DNA from: Amoebidium appalachense
Taxonomy: Eukaryota > Protista > Ichthyosporea
Assembly: GCA_963693365.1 (NCBI GenBank)
Contig: CAVNZM010000013.1
Coordinates: forward strand, 4,430,722-4,494,721
Length of the DNA: 64,000 nucleotides
Reading direction: 5' to 3'
Position 1 is the first letter of the stretch. Each line of letters starts with the position of its first letter. Under the pieces are notes generated by a model. The model did not search any database, was not told where the DNA came from, and saw only the letters and a program-made list of their open reading frames with translations. Below are positions 50,244-63,879 of this stretch, piece by piece. The position numbers and the translations under genes were made by a program.

Positions 50244-51006
50244 CGTGCGTGCGTGTGTGTATGTGCGTGTGTGTATGTGTACGGGGGGGAACAGAGGCAG
50301 AGAAGGAGTTTAAATAATATCCAAGATGGCGATAGGGGTCCAAAAATTCATCACTATAGGTTGCTTTAAATACGACAAGAGTCAATATGGAATGCGTGTA
50401 TACTCTGCGCATTATTGTGTCATCAATGGTTTCTTGCGCTTCAGTGTAACTTTTTTCCCTTGTACAGGAGTATATGCGTATCAGCGGAAGGACGCAGGGT
50501 TTTGGATTCCAATATTCAGGAGCGGTACTGGTAAAAGAAAACAGAAAACATATGATGCAAGCGACACAAAAGAGTGTGTGCAGCGCAATAATCCGAAGGC
50601 ATGCCAAAAAATAAAAAATAACAATAAAAAAGACAGTTCCATTAAAAAAAAAACAAAAAAAAACGGGGTTTTTGTTTCCAAAATTACCGGACTGGCCGGC
50701 TTCAGGTACGCCGGTGAGTAAGCCGACCTAGCCGCGCACTGCCATATCTCTGCCTTACGTAAGCACTCATCCAAATTATGAGTCACCACTTCACACCCAC
50801 TGCACTTGAAAGCGTGCACCGCGATTGGCTGATTGCACATTGTGCACGGTTTCCCGATGTCTGATTGGTCAATATCGACCAATACGTGGCCACCGGGGTT
50901 CATGCTCGGCATGCTTGCGGGCGCGCAGTTGTGTTCTGATTGGGCGATTGTCATGCAGCGGTCGTGCACGTCCATCTTGCATATGTGGCAGCGCAGCCCT
51001 TGCTTG

Positions 51007-51086
<80 letters not shown>

Positions 51087-51813
51087 GGGAGTAGGGAGGG
51101 GGGGGGGGGGGTTAGAATGTGTGACAGATTAGGAAGTAGGCATTCATGACGGATGACAAAATGTGGACTGCAAACCACACAACGAGTATGCATAGTAGGC
51201 AAGGTGCACCCTTCAGGGGGAGAGAGAGAGGGGGGAGGGAGGGGGGGAATGGCTGTACAGGGAGGGAGGAATGTGGGGGGATGCATGCATTAAAGGCTGG
51301 CGTACCAGAAAGCAACGGCATCAGAAAATCACGGGAAGAAAAAGAAAAGAAAGAAGGAAGAAAGGAAAAAACCCAACACAGTTGTACATGCAGTGCACAC
51401 TTGAGCAAAGCCCGCAATTTAGGAGGCGGCACCTCAGGAAGAAAGGGGAGGGGAGGGGGGGGAGGGGGAGGGGGGGGGGGGGGGATGGGATGGGCAAAGA
51501 ATAGACCCGGGGGGGAGGGTGGGGGGAGGGGGGTGTCAACGTACACAAGGCCCACAAGCAAGCTGTTGCACACGTGGCAGTATGTGGGGGTTTTATAATT
51601 CTTCTTTGAAAATTGGTGGGGGCCCGACCCCTGCACTATATGATCTCCCAACTCTTCCTCCGAGGCGTCGCACCCTGAATCCCCCTCTAATGCCATAACG
51701 TGAAGACGGCGAACTTCGTCGAGTTTAGTCGAGAGGTACATGTGGAGGGCTTGGGAGTCGGGGGGGTACACCGGGACAGTTATCTGCAACCTGGGTACGT
51801 GTGTGTTGTGTGT

Positions 51814-51862
<49 letters not shown>

Positions 51863-51970
51863 TGTGTGTGTGTGTGGGGAGGGAGGGGGATTGTGTGTGT
51901 GTGTGTGTGTACGTGTATGGGTTAGTGTCGTGTGTGTGTGTGTACGTGTGTGTGTGTGTATCACGCGCGC

Positions 51971-52017
<47 letters not shown>

Positions 52018-52156
52018 TGTGCCTGTGTACGATTATGTGTGTGTATGGTGCCGCGGAGGGAAGGGGGCTGGGGGCTAGGGTAGGAAAGATACATGTGTAC
52101 ATGTGGAGGGATTGGGAGTCGGGGGGTACGTCGGGGCAGTTGTCTGCAACCTGTGT

Positions 52157-52194
<38 letters not shown>

Positions 52195-52724
52195 ACCTGT
52201 GTATGTGCGGTGAGGGGGGGAGGGGGAGAAGGGGGAGGGGGAGGGGAGGGGAGGGGCAGGAGGGGGAGAGGGGGGTGGGGAGGAGGCGGGTGAGTGTGTG
52301 TGTGTGTGTCAGTGTTTGTGTCAGTGTGTCTGTGTGCACCTGTGTCGTCTCCCAATGTGTGTGTGCATGTGCGTGCGAGCGCGTATACCTGTGTGTGTGT
52401 GTGTGTGTGTGTGTTACAACAGAGAGAGAGAGGGGGGGGGGGGGGGGAGGGGGGGAGGAGAGGGGGCAGGTGAGGGGTTGGGCAGGAAGGGAGATAGTTG
52501 TCCGTGTGTATGTGTTTTTGGCGCCTGCGGTTGAGTGGTGGTGGTGGAGGGGGGGAGGGGGGAGAGGGGGGGGGGGGTGGAAGAAGGGGAGGATAAGCAA
52601 AATACTTCATAACGAAGGACACGTTCAAAACGGATCACAAAATGCCGATATCACGGGTTGTTGTTGTTGTTTGGGGGGGGGGGGGGGGGGGGGGAGGGGG
52701 GAGGGGGAAGCAAGAAAAACATTT

Positions 52725-52755
<31 letters not shown>

Positions 52756-53919
52756 GGGGGGGGGAGGGGGGGGGGGGGGGTGAGCGTGAGGAGGGTACAG
52801 CTTCCCGATATATCACACAACACCGATCGTTTTTTTTTGTTTTTTTTATAGGAGGAGGGGAGGGGGGGGGGGGGGGGGGGGAGAGTTGAAAACGTACAGC
52901 ACCAGTGCATGCTTCGTTTGTGTGTACATCCACATGGCATGCCTTGCACTTGAACCCCTGGGAGGCAATTCCGACCAGCAATTTGGAGCAAGCGGCGCAA
53001 TTTGTGGGGGTCAGATAGGTGTGGGACTGAAATTCATGGGGGGTGGCCGTATTCATACGGGCCTTGACCGGACAGCCAATCAGATGCTGCAGAAAGCCGG
53101 CGCATTGGCGGTGGCAGTGGTAGCCGCAGAGGTAGCAGCGCACACCTTGCTTGCTGTGATTTTAAAAAGGTTAAAACTAGTGTTAAAGAATATATGAGAG
53201 GGCGAGTATATTTGGATTAGGGAGAGAGTAGCATCCGTACCTTGCTTGCTGTGATTTTCAAAGGTTAAATTTAGCGTTAAAACTATATGAGAAGGCGGGT
53301 ATATTTGGATGAGAGAGAGAGAGGTGGCAGCGCGTACCTTGCTTGCTGTGATTCTCAAAGGTTAAAATTAGCGTTAAAACTATATGAGAAGGCGGGTATA
53401 TTTGGATGAGAGAGAGAGAGGTGGCAGCGCGTACCTTGCTTGCTGTGATTTAAAAAGGTTAAAATTAGTGTTAAAACTATATGAGAAGGCGGGTGTATTT
53501 GGATGAGAGAGAGAGCGGTGGCAGCGCAAACCTTGCTTGCTGTGATTTAAAAAGGTTAAAATTAGTGTTAAAACTATATGAGAAGGCGGGTGTATTTGGA
53601 TGAGGATGAGAGGGAAAGAGGTGGCAGCGCGTACCTTGGTTGCTGTGATTTTAAAAGGACAACAATTAAACCAAGATTAGCCGTGAGAGTTTGAATGGTA
53701 GTCACATAGGCAACAGCACATACCTTGGTTGCGGTAATGCGAATGTCTGGAAAGAATCAAAGAATAAAACAATACGAGAAGGTGGCTGTATGTCGAAGAA
53801 AGAAAGAGGTAACAGCGCATACTTAGCTTGCTGTGTCCAAATAAATTAAAACCAGTATAAGAAACTAAACTAGAACCTGACAGTATGGTGACAGGGGAGT
53901 GGTAGATTGAAGGTTTTTT

Positions 53920-53975
<56 letters not shown>

Positions 53976-54172
53976 CTTTAAAGCACACACCTGACACCCA
54001 TAAGCATTTTTGAGCACGCCATGCAGTCTGTGGGCCTGTTAAAGGTGTGCACGTAGAAGGCGTGTTCTGATTGGCGGCAGTCACCCACACTGGCTGCCTT
54101 ACGTAAGGTGGCCCCTGGTGCCTGATTGGTTAATGTGGGGTAAGTGGGTGAGTGAGTGGGGATAGGGGTGGT

Positions 54173-54228
<56 letters not shown>

Positions 54229-54952
54229 GGTGTGTGTGGGTGGGTGTGTGGGTGTGTGTGGGTGTGTGTGTGTGTGGGCGTGTGTGTGTGGGTGTGTGTG
54301 TGTGGGTGTGTGTGTGTGTAATGGTGGTGGGGATTGTGGTGGGTTTTGGGGGGGATGGAGTGGGATGTGTGTGTGTAATGGTGGTGGGGATTGTGGTGGG
54401 TTTTGGGGGGGATGAGGGAGGAGGGTAGGTGGGCGGGTGGCTGGAGTGTGTAGGTGGGTAGGGAAGAAAGAGCGGATAGGAGAGCGGGGGGGGGGGGGGG
54501 GGGAGGGGGGGGGGGGAGAAGGAGAAAAAGCGAGGAAACTGGTGCATGCACATCAGTGGTTCTGCGTGTGTGTGGGGGTGCTTGTGTTTTTCACTCTCTC
54601 TCTGTCCCTCGCCCCTTCTCCCTCTCTGTCACCCTTTAACTCTCTTTCTTTCTTTCCCCCCCCCCCCCCCCCCCCCCCCTTCCCCCTGCTCTGTGTGAGA
54701 GTGCGTGTGTGTCTGTCTCTCGGTGTGTGTCCATGGTTATCATTCGTGTGCACGTGTGAGCGCGCGTGTATGTGTGTATATCTGTGTTTCCTTCCTTCCT
54801 TCCTTCCTTCTTTGCTTTTTTCTTTCTTTCCCGAGGTGAGGGGTGCATGTGTATGTGTGCACGTGTCACTCTGTTTGTATGTCATGTGGCGTGCCAGTGT
54901 GCGTGTGCGCATGTGTGTGTGTGTGTGTGTGTGCGTGTGCGCATGTGTGTGT

Positions 54953-54983
<31 letters not shown>

Positions 54984-55088
54984 GGGGGGCGGAGGTTTCA
55001 TTACCAGTTTGCTCTTGTCAGCAACAGTGACAGACCTCATGAGACTCTTGGCAACAATCTTGGGTTTGGGGTTGGATTTCTCCTGCAC

Positions 55089-55165
<77 letters not shown>

Positions 55166-55516
55166 GGGGCGAGGGTTAACATGTGTCAGGCCATACGAGT
55201 ACACTTTCACGACCACAACACAATGCAGAATCGGGTTAGACAATTAGCGGTTCAGAACATGTCAGGTTCGAGGTTAAGAGTGCTTCACAGAGAACACAGA
55301 ACACGAACACATTCACCTAAACACGGATTTTGCAAAGCACACACAGAGAAGGCATTTGGGGGAGGGGAAAGGGGGCAGGGAGGGGGAGGGGGAGGGGGAG
55401 GAGAAGGCGAGGGGGAAGGGAATTGGGGCCTCTGCAATAGGGAATGGTGAAAAGGGGATGCAAAGTAAAAACGCAAACACACCAAAACTAAAAACATAAT
55501 GCCAAGACATGCTCAA

Positions 55517-55553
<37 letters not shown>

Positions 55554-55596
55554 GGGAATCCTATGGGTAGGGGATGTGAGGCAAAGCAGGGAGAGA

Positions 55597-55634
<38 letters not shown>

Positions 55635-55838
55635 GGGGGGGGGGGGGGGTTCAAGATAATTTACCCAGTTGAATGTTGGAATGGATGGACTGTCGGTCGG
55701 TTGGCTGGTGACTGGGGGGAAGGGGGCAGTGGCGCCCCCGGGACTCACATCAACACACTCATTCAGCTGTTTATATATATATATATATTGGTGTGTGTGT
55801 GTGTTGGAGTGGTGGTGGTGGTGGTGGTGTGTGTGTGT

Positions 55839-55877
<39 letters not shown>

Positions 55878-55902
55878 GAGGGGGGGGGTGTGTGTGTGTG
55901 TT

Positions 55903-55933
<31 letters not shown>

Positions 55934-57035
55934 TTGTGTGTGTGTGTGGGGTTAGAAGGCGGATGGGTGAGTAGGCCTGTGGTTTGATTTTGTGTGTGTG
56001 TGTGTGTGTGTGATGGGAGGGGGGGGGGGGGGGGGGGTTAGAATGCGGTGCACACAGCAAAAAAGCTCTAACGTACGAGCAACGGTGACAGACTGACAGT
56101 GTGCATGTGTGTGCATGCGTGTGTGTAGGTGTGTGTGTGTACGTGTGTGTGTGTGTACACGTGTGTGTACGTGTGTGTGTGTACGTGTGTGTACGTGTGT
56201 GTGTGTGTACTTGTGTGTGTGTGGACACGCGCACGTATGTGCATGGATGTATGTAAGTGTGTGTGATTTTGTGTGTTCATGCTTGAGCGTGTGTGTGAGT
56301 GCGCAAGTGTATGTGTGTGTGCCTGCCCGAGAGTGCCCGTGCGTATACGTGAAAAGCTTGCGAGCATTGTAGCAACAAACAAAACCAATCAAAACAACTC
56401 TACACACCCAAATCAGATCATGTCCGATGATCCATTAACCAATCAAATCTATCCACAAGCAATTCAGACCAATCAAAATATACCTTTGTGTTCGATGAAA
56501 TCTTCGAGAGTGCAAATTCTTCCTTTTTTTCCATTGCCGTTCTCTGATTGGCCGGGAGACGCAAAAGCATCCATGTGAATGGGTGATTGTAAATGACGGT
56601 CCGTTCGACAAAATCAACCTCCGTGCGTTTGACGCGCATCAGTTTCTGTGTGTGCACGTGTGTGTGTGTATGCATATACGTATACACATGCATACGTGTG
56701 TGTGTGCGTGTGCGTGTGCGTGTGCGCGCGCGTGTGTGTGTGTGTGTTTAGGTGCACCTGTTGGTACGTGTGTGTACCTGTGTGTGTAAGTGGGCAAGTT
56801 TTTGTGCGCATGAACATGCACATGTGTGTTGGGAGGATGGGGGAAATGGGCAGCGGTGGGGGAGGGGCGGGTGGTTGATGTACGAGTCACAAGATGGAAA
56901 AAACACATCAGTAAATGTGATGGGGGAGAGAGAAAACCCAATAAAGACCTTCACACGTTGAGTCGTTTAACGTGTTCAAGAGAGCCTTGTTGGTAGGTTT
57001 AGGGGGGTTTGGGGGGAGGGGGGGGGGGGGGTGAT

Positions 57036-57073
<38 letters not shown>

Positions 57074-57759
57074 CCCCCCCCCCCCCCCCCCTCCCCTCAC
57101 TCTCACTCTCTCACTCTCTCTCTCTCTCTCTAACGGGCTTTTGCCGATGAAGTCAAGGGGTCTCAAAGGGGATTTCGTAGGGTCTTCTTGGGGTGGGTTC
57201 GAAAGAATGTGTTGAATATTTGCAAGGGGTCACTGATTTTCACAAGCAAATTTCACGAGGGTATAGACAAATGGGTTAAGAGTCCATAATAACTGAGTTT
57301 GCAAGGTGGCTTCACGGCCTCTTTGCCCCATGGAATTTCCGGGCGGGCACAGGAGATTTGCAAATTTTCAAGGAAATGGGTTTTTTACATGAGACTGGAG
57401 TTTCGGACAGGCTTACAGATTTCATGCGAACACCCGAACCTTTCACAGGAAACGGCCGAGGGGAGAGGGGAAGGGGGGGGGGGGGGGGGGGGGGAGTGAG
57501 GGTTGATTGGGTTGGAAGTTTCGGACGGTCTCAAAATATTTCACAACACAAAGCTTCCCAGGAAAGGGGCAGGCAGGGAGGGGCGGGAGGTGGGGGGGAG
57601 GGGGGGGGGGGGGTTGGTTGCCTACCTGTTTGATCGTGATGTGTGTGCCTGTGCTTTTGAGAGTTTCACTCCAACGATTGCATATGGATTCGATAGAAGA
57701 AGCCCCCCCGAACAGACCACAGCACGAATAGCAATCATAGATGCTGCCTAGCTTTTGCG

Positions 57760-57820
<61 letters not shown>

Positions 57821-58275
57821 TATGTCTGTGTGTGTGGACGGGGTGGGAGGGTGGGGGGGTGGATGGGGGGGGGGAGCTCGAGGCAAGCGAGTGGGAATTG
57901 AGGGATGGGGAGGTAAAAGGGGGAACATGTGAGCAGCAGGAGGGTGAGTGTGGGGGCGAAGATGAAAGAAGGGGGGGGGGGGGGGGGGGGAGGGGGGGAG
58001 AGGAGGAGGGTTGTAAGTACGGAGGAGATACCAAAGGGCCCAAAACAAAACGTAAAAGTAAAAACCCGAAAACGAGCCGTAAAACGGAACAAAAAGGAGG
58101 CAGAAGACACTTGAACAGAGCCATCATCAGAGGAGATTCTTTGCCTTCACAATAGCATGGGGTTCACTCTTTTACCCTCTCGCACGTGGTTCCCAGGAAG
58201 AAATAGGAGAGCGTTCGTGTGTGTGTGTTCATGGGTTCTTTATCCCTAGTAAGTTGCATATACTTGTGCGCGCGC

Positions 58276-58306
<31 letters not shown>

Positions 58307-59005
58307 GGGGGGGGGTGACTGGATTTGTGTGCTCGTGTGTGCCACACACCGCTATGGTTCTGAACCATGTGAATCTGCCAGCCAAAAGTTTCACTTAACG
58401 GCTAAAGGTCAGAGCCACTACCAGATATGGTTAAGATGCTCTCAAATCCGATTGGCTCATAGTCGAAACAAAAGCCAGCAAAAACCGTCTGAAACGGCGT
58501 CATGTGTGTGTTGCACGGACTATCGATTCAATAACTAGTGTTCGATTTAAGGGGGCGTTTTTGAGTGCAATCTTCTCTTTAATAAAATTCAAAAATGAAA
58601 TTGAAAACGGGAAAAAAAAAAAAAAAAAAAAAAAAAGGAAGCAGGCAATTATGGCGATGCTGGAACGGTTAGGGAACAAAGCAGAAATGGAAACCAATGC
58701 AAACCTTAAATGATTATACTCGCATTCACGAGGGGGATCCGAGAAACAAGAGGTTTTGGGATGTGGTGAAGGACAGAAACCGATTGTGGGAAACATTAAT
58801 TTGCAGTCAAACAACTCTCGCAAACACACCTGTGAACACACAAATAGGATAGGACACACGTGAATACACGGCACATACACCTGAACACTTTCATCACGTA
58901 TTTAGGGTGAATGAACGTCAAGCAAGCACTCACGTACTGCAGACATGCCCATGTATCCACAGGCAGAAAAATACACACAAACGCGCGCGCTCGCACGCGC
59001 GCGCG

Positions 59006-59066
<61 letters not shown>

Positions 59067-59263
59067 TCAAGTGCGTCGTTGATTTCAAAAATCATCTCCG
59101 CATACAATTGCTGGGGCACAATCCCCTCCAACTGAATGGGAAGGTGCCAAGAAAACGACGGAGCCTGTCCCGCTCCCCCTGTTGCCTCCACCACCACCAC
59201 CCCGCTACTAGAGCGGGGTATTATTTGGTTACGGGCCTCGTTATAGGATGGCAGAAACAGCAT
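47088..59263 (-). CDS. ERF4/GOLGA7-like N-terminal domain + five C1 (DAG/phorbol-ester-type Zn finger) domains, ~897 aa, 14 exons
   Basis: Exons 59263-59065, 57759-57626, 56645-56484, 55766-55665, 55082-55005, 54121-53991, 53153-52898, 51790-51545, 51006-50688, 50210-49989, 49550-49128, 48741-48634, 48125-47875, 47151-47088; all GT-AG and phase-compatible except one extra G in the run at 51760-51766. C1 pattern H.F....Y..PT.C..C..LL.G...QG..C..C...VH..C. Confidence 0.8.
53130..53860 (-). repeat. ~95-100 bp tandem array copying a 3' splice site plus exon start (about 6 clear and 2 decayed units)
   Basis: Unit GAGGTGGCAGCGCGTACCTTGCTTGCTGTGATTTT...GGATGAGAGAGA; the first unit overlaps the real exon boundary at 53153. 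Confidence 0.85.
58010..58165 (-). mobile_element. Second member of the CTGATGA subfamily of the structured repeat
   Basis: Aligns by eye with 28770-28935 (GAACAGAGCC.ATCATCAG..., CACAA.AGCATGGG). Confidence 0.55.
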
Positions 59264-62200
59264 TTTGGTGATTCACGTACACGATATGTTGTGGTTCTAT
59301 GATGGCAAAATAACGGTTGTATGTCGGGTGTGTTTAGTTGTAAGTGAAATGACCGATGTGTGTGTGTGTGTGCGTGCGTGTGTGTGTGTGTCTGTGTGTG
59401 TGACACTTGTGTGCGCGTGTGTGTACACGCGAAATGTATTTTGTGCACTTTGTGAAGACAGGCGTGGCGGTTGCTTGCACGGGTGTGTACACACTGCTTT
59501 CCGTGGCTTTGATTTGGACAAAAGATTTTCAAGAAAGGAGGTGTTATGATCAATGTGTCACTTGTGTTTTTACGACCACCACAAACCTGTAGTGTATGTA
59601 CAAAATAAAATCTAAAGCACCCTTATATATACATTAATGTATGTTTATCTACACGAACACATTCGGACGCATGTAGTTGTATGTATATTTTACAAGAACA
59701 AGTGTCATTCGTTTTCAAAAACAATCCATGCCGGGAAGGACTGCCTTCCCTTCTTCAAAACGCGTTTTTAAAACTGAGGGAAGGGCCTACCACAAGGGAT
59801 TTGCAAACATATCATGTAATAAACCTGGTATATCACTAATTAAATGGCCAACCATGACCCTCGAGATCTCTCAATCTGTCAACAACCTCAAAATAAAATG
59901 ATATAATGATTATTAGAAGGTTATATAACATCGTCAAAATGTCACACTAACAACTGTAACGTAAATATAGATTGGCCAGACCAAGTTGCAGCTGTCTGGT
60001 CAGACCAGGAACAGAAATGCACGGAAAATCATGAATGTATCAACGAAAGTCTTCCAAGTGCATAACATTCGACATGTGTGATAGGTTTGCAACGCCCGGC
60101 GAATCTGGTTCAACTGGCAGGAATGCGTTTCTATCCTATCATGATACCATCTATAACAAAATGTTTTGATTGGCGTTCGCCGAGGCACACAGGGAAATGT
60201 TCTATTAAGTAATCAAAAGGGAAATACGCAAACAGTTCTAATAAATGGCAAACAATAGTTAAAAAATATTACGAATGATTACACGTGTATTAAAAAAGTG
60301 TAATGTTTGGTAAGATGTTTGTGAATGCTTGGTGGGTCCGATTGAAGTGTGGTTTTGACATAAAAAATCATGAGAGATCTTTTGAATAAGATCCAATCAA
60401 AACCAGCGTAGGTTTGACGACTACAGGTGCCCCCGATAAAATGAACGTTGCTTATCACTTTGCGTTGAGAAAACTCTTTCCGGCGCTTGAAAAACAAACA
60501 AAAGAGAGACCAACACACAATGAATGATGATCGACAAAAAACACTTAAATGGAAGAATAATTTATCCATATTTTATACATTTTGATAGATTTTTCTTTTT
60601 CTTTTTCGCTATCTATCGAGAACCCTCTACACCGTCATAGCAGGTTCAACCGCGCGGCTTCAAGTACGCTCGCGAGCTTTTTTGCGGATAAATTTATCCT
60701 CAGGCATGCACTATGCTTCCCACAGATTACACTATCGAGGATTTCATTTTTAAGAACAAGGTTACAAACATAGCCGAGACCGTTATGTTTACCACACAAA
60801 AAGCTATACAGTATACCCAAAGAATATTTCATCTAATTTTTCATATTTATCTATTTATCATCTTATCCTACCCGCCCCGCTATAAGCCCACATACATCCC
60901 TGTCTACTAAACACTTTGCAAGCCGCTACTATCACACCTACTAGCACGCTTAGTTCGAAACTGTCTCAGCAAAACAGTACATTATCGCGAGTGTGCGTCA
61001 CCATGATAAGGCACTCGAGCTGAGACAGCTTCGAAACTGTCAGACTACTGTGGAGTGTACTCAGCAGCAGCGAAGTTCACCGTTTTCTTGTCTTGTTTTT
61101 CCGCGCGGCACGTGTAGAGGGGCTTTGTATTTTTTTTTTCATCCTTCCCCCGTTACTGCAGCACCGGGTGCACCTCTGGATGCATACATCTTTAGATCTC
61201 ATTACAAGAAGCGCTTGTTTGCCTTTCCCGACGCTTGTTAGAGAGCCACAAAACCGTTTGACAACAAAGGCACAGTCCGTCTGCCACCTGCCACCAATTC
61301 TAAGAATTACAGTACGGATGTTTTATGCCTAGTTGCTTGTAATATTAGCGCACACATGTGTATACGTAGGCTCATCGATATGCCACGAGGCCCCTGTCCA
61401 AGCACTTTAAGGCCGCCAAAGCATGGCCTTGGCTCTACTGATTTTTGATACATTTTTTGTTACGCGAACTCTGAAGTTACCCTACCGTGAACATGAAATA
61501 AAGTCAACCGAGAGCCCCCGTAAAACCTCTAGGTGGAGCTTTTAAAGAAATTGTGTGAGATCTGACTTTATCTTTACTTGCTAATAGGAATCTTTCCACG
61601 CAACGGACTGGGACTGTGCATAACACTTGTCAACGGCGGTTTGGTCGTGCTGTTGTATCCCAAATCAAACCCAGTCTTTCTAAACTAAAGGGCTGTGCCC
61701 GAAGCTACACTAGGCACTGCTGGATCCTCTGAACACTGAACACATGCAAAGGGAGTACGGGTGCTCATCATTTTTGCGCTTTCTCGTCAAACTTTAATTT
61801 GCAAAACAGAGTAGGATGCAAACTATGTACACTCCTCTATTTATTTCAACCTCAAAAGAGGTTTATACCCTTCAAAAACTCTTTCCAATATTGAGTCCGG
61901 ATATACAGGCTCACTCCATTTTTAATACAAATAACCACGTATACCAGCTAGACAGGCCTAGGAACTCGACTATGAGTCGAGGTACTATGTAATTCGTGCT
62001 GCATCGCTGAGCAAAACGTACAGATGTGGTGGTGCAAGTACCCGATTCTTTTATCAAACACTTGAGAGAAGGCATGCATGGATGGAGTATTGTGTGCCAA
62101 AGTTTCCATGTAAGTGTGGATGTAGGTCGAGGTTATGTTGAGTGGCAGTCAACCATGGTGTTAGGCTACAACGACTTGAGAGGAATACTGAGGCCATCTA

Positions 62201-63081
62201 ACAATGTTGTACTGAGTGTACCGGGTTCATTTCCGATAAATACGCACAGCTAACACATAACAGACACGCCGTAAAATGTACAATACCCATGTGTAAATAT
62301 TGACATTGTCTCCTTTTTTCTTTTTCTTTTTTTTTTTCTTTTCCCCGCTGAGAAAGTGTGCAGAGCATAAAGACTCCGTGTACATGTGGCTGCCGGCGCC
62401 CTTTGAAACGATGGAATGTAATCGCATTCCTTAAAGATAAAATGCTTTTTGAAAGAGTGGATAGTATATTCATTAGATATATAGGTAGCCTGCACACTTC
62501 AATAGAGCCCAGAGCTGGGGTCTATCATCTATGTAAAACCTTCCTAATAGCGAGTTCTTGAATTTTTTTTCTCTCTATTTTTCATTTTTTAAACATATTT
62601 TCCTTTTACACGTATGCAGCCATTGTAGAGCTCAGTGTAGAAACCTCGAAGGCACATGTAGTGCTCAAGATAGAATGAAGAAATTTTAAAAGTAATTTTG
62701 AAATTCTTGAATTTCCGCTCGTGTCGCCACTCAGTCACTGAGTCCGGGGACTTCTGCTGCGGGCGCCCACACTCTGCTGCAAAGAAATCACTGAAATGAA
62801 ATTTAAAAGAATTCAACGATGAAAAGAAATCAACGATGAAATTGGTTAGAATGGAACCACGAGATCTTGAAATAACGGTTTACCATTCAACTGCATATGC
62901 ACCATAGAGAATATCGAAAAAGGTGTGCGCGTGCTTTTGCTGACTTGCAGAATAAATGACCCCGAATGCATCCAGTTGATGATTCCTTGTCTACAGTTGA
63001 TGATTCCTTGTCTACTACATTTGCGCCGTTTTTTTGACCACAGACCCCTGCTTTTGCTTCGGCACGGCATGTCGTGTCGAA

Positions 63082-63879
63082 ATGGAAGATGGAGGGAGAA
63101 CAGCTGAAAGAAATGGCACCGAGGTTACGCACAAGGAGAGGTGAGGGTACCTCATGTTTTTGTGAGGTATTATGTTAGTAACGTTCCCTGAATATATCTT
63201 TTGAACCCGAGCCTCATAGTTCGGGGCCTATGTCTTGCTCAAGAGTCTCTGGATGCTTGACGATGTGTGTGCTGTTTGAATATTAGCGCGGTCTCTGTAG
63301 CCAGCGTGCCTGTAGGCATGTGCTGGTGTTGTTTCCTTTACTTGCATCATCCCTGTGTGTGGATTCGTTCGTGCAGACCTTTGCTTTGATTGTATGCGTC
63401 TTTTTGTTGTCGGGGTGTCGTAAAATACCTTCGTGTCAGTTCACCTACCGAGGATGCACGAGAGAGAGATAGTGTGTGTGCATGTGCGTGCGTGCTCTAC
63501 CTCCATGTGTGTGTGTGAGCACACGGCGGCACTCACAATCATGTGCGCGCAAGCGTAGGTGGGTGGGTGAGTAGATACTGGAAGGGTGTGTGTGTGTGTG
63601 TAAGAAGGCGGGAGGGGAATGGGGAAGAGAGTGGGGGGGGGGGGGGGGGGGGGGGGGGGAGGGGGGGGGGGGGGGGGGGGGGCTGGGTTGGGATGTGCAT
63701 ACGTGCGTATGTGAGTGTGTCTGGGCATGCTTGTGTTGCTTGCGTTGCTTGAGTGTGGGCGGGTGGATGGGCGGGGGTCCGTGTTTGTAACCCTTGGTGT
63801 CGTTTTGTGCTCAGTTCAGGACAATAGTCGATGAGATCCTCCGCTGTGTTACGGTTGCTACGGATCCCTCGCAGTCCTC
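63082..63879 (+). CDS. Possible 5' exons of a gene running off the window; resembles an exportin-5/exportin-T-like N-terminus
   Basis: 63082-63140 (|gtgagg) and 63820-63879 (cag|...|gtaggg) join in frame: MEDGGRTAERNGTEVTHKERTIVDEILRCVTVATDPSQS; similarity is short and recalled only. Confidence 0.35.

Noticed and set aside
53130-53680. CRISPR array or independent mobile element
   Set aside because: Whole units are repeated without unique spacers and derive from the adjacent exon boundary
56380-56480. CCAAT-box promoter for a separate C1 gene starting at ATG 56534 or 56570
   Set aside because: The ACCAATCAAA motifs lie in the intron after that exon and look like decayed local repeats; the exon has an acceptor at 56646 in frame with upstream exons
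59600-62900. Hidden gene or transposase in unique AT-richer DNA
   Set aside because: Only short ORFs with no recognisable motifs or consistent splice chain by eye; cannot be excluded without a search
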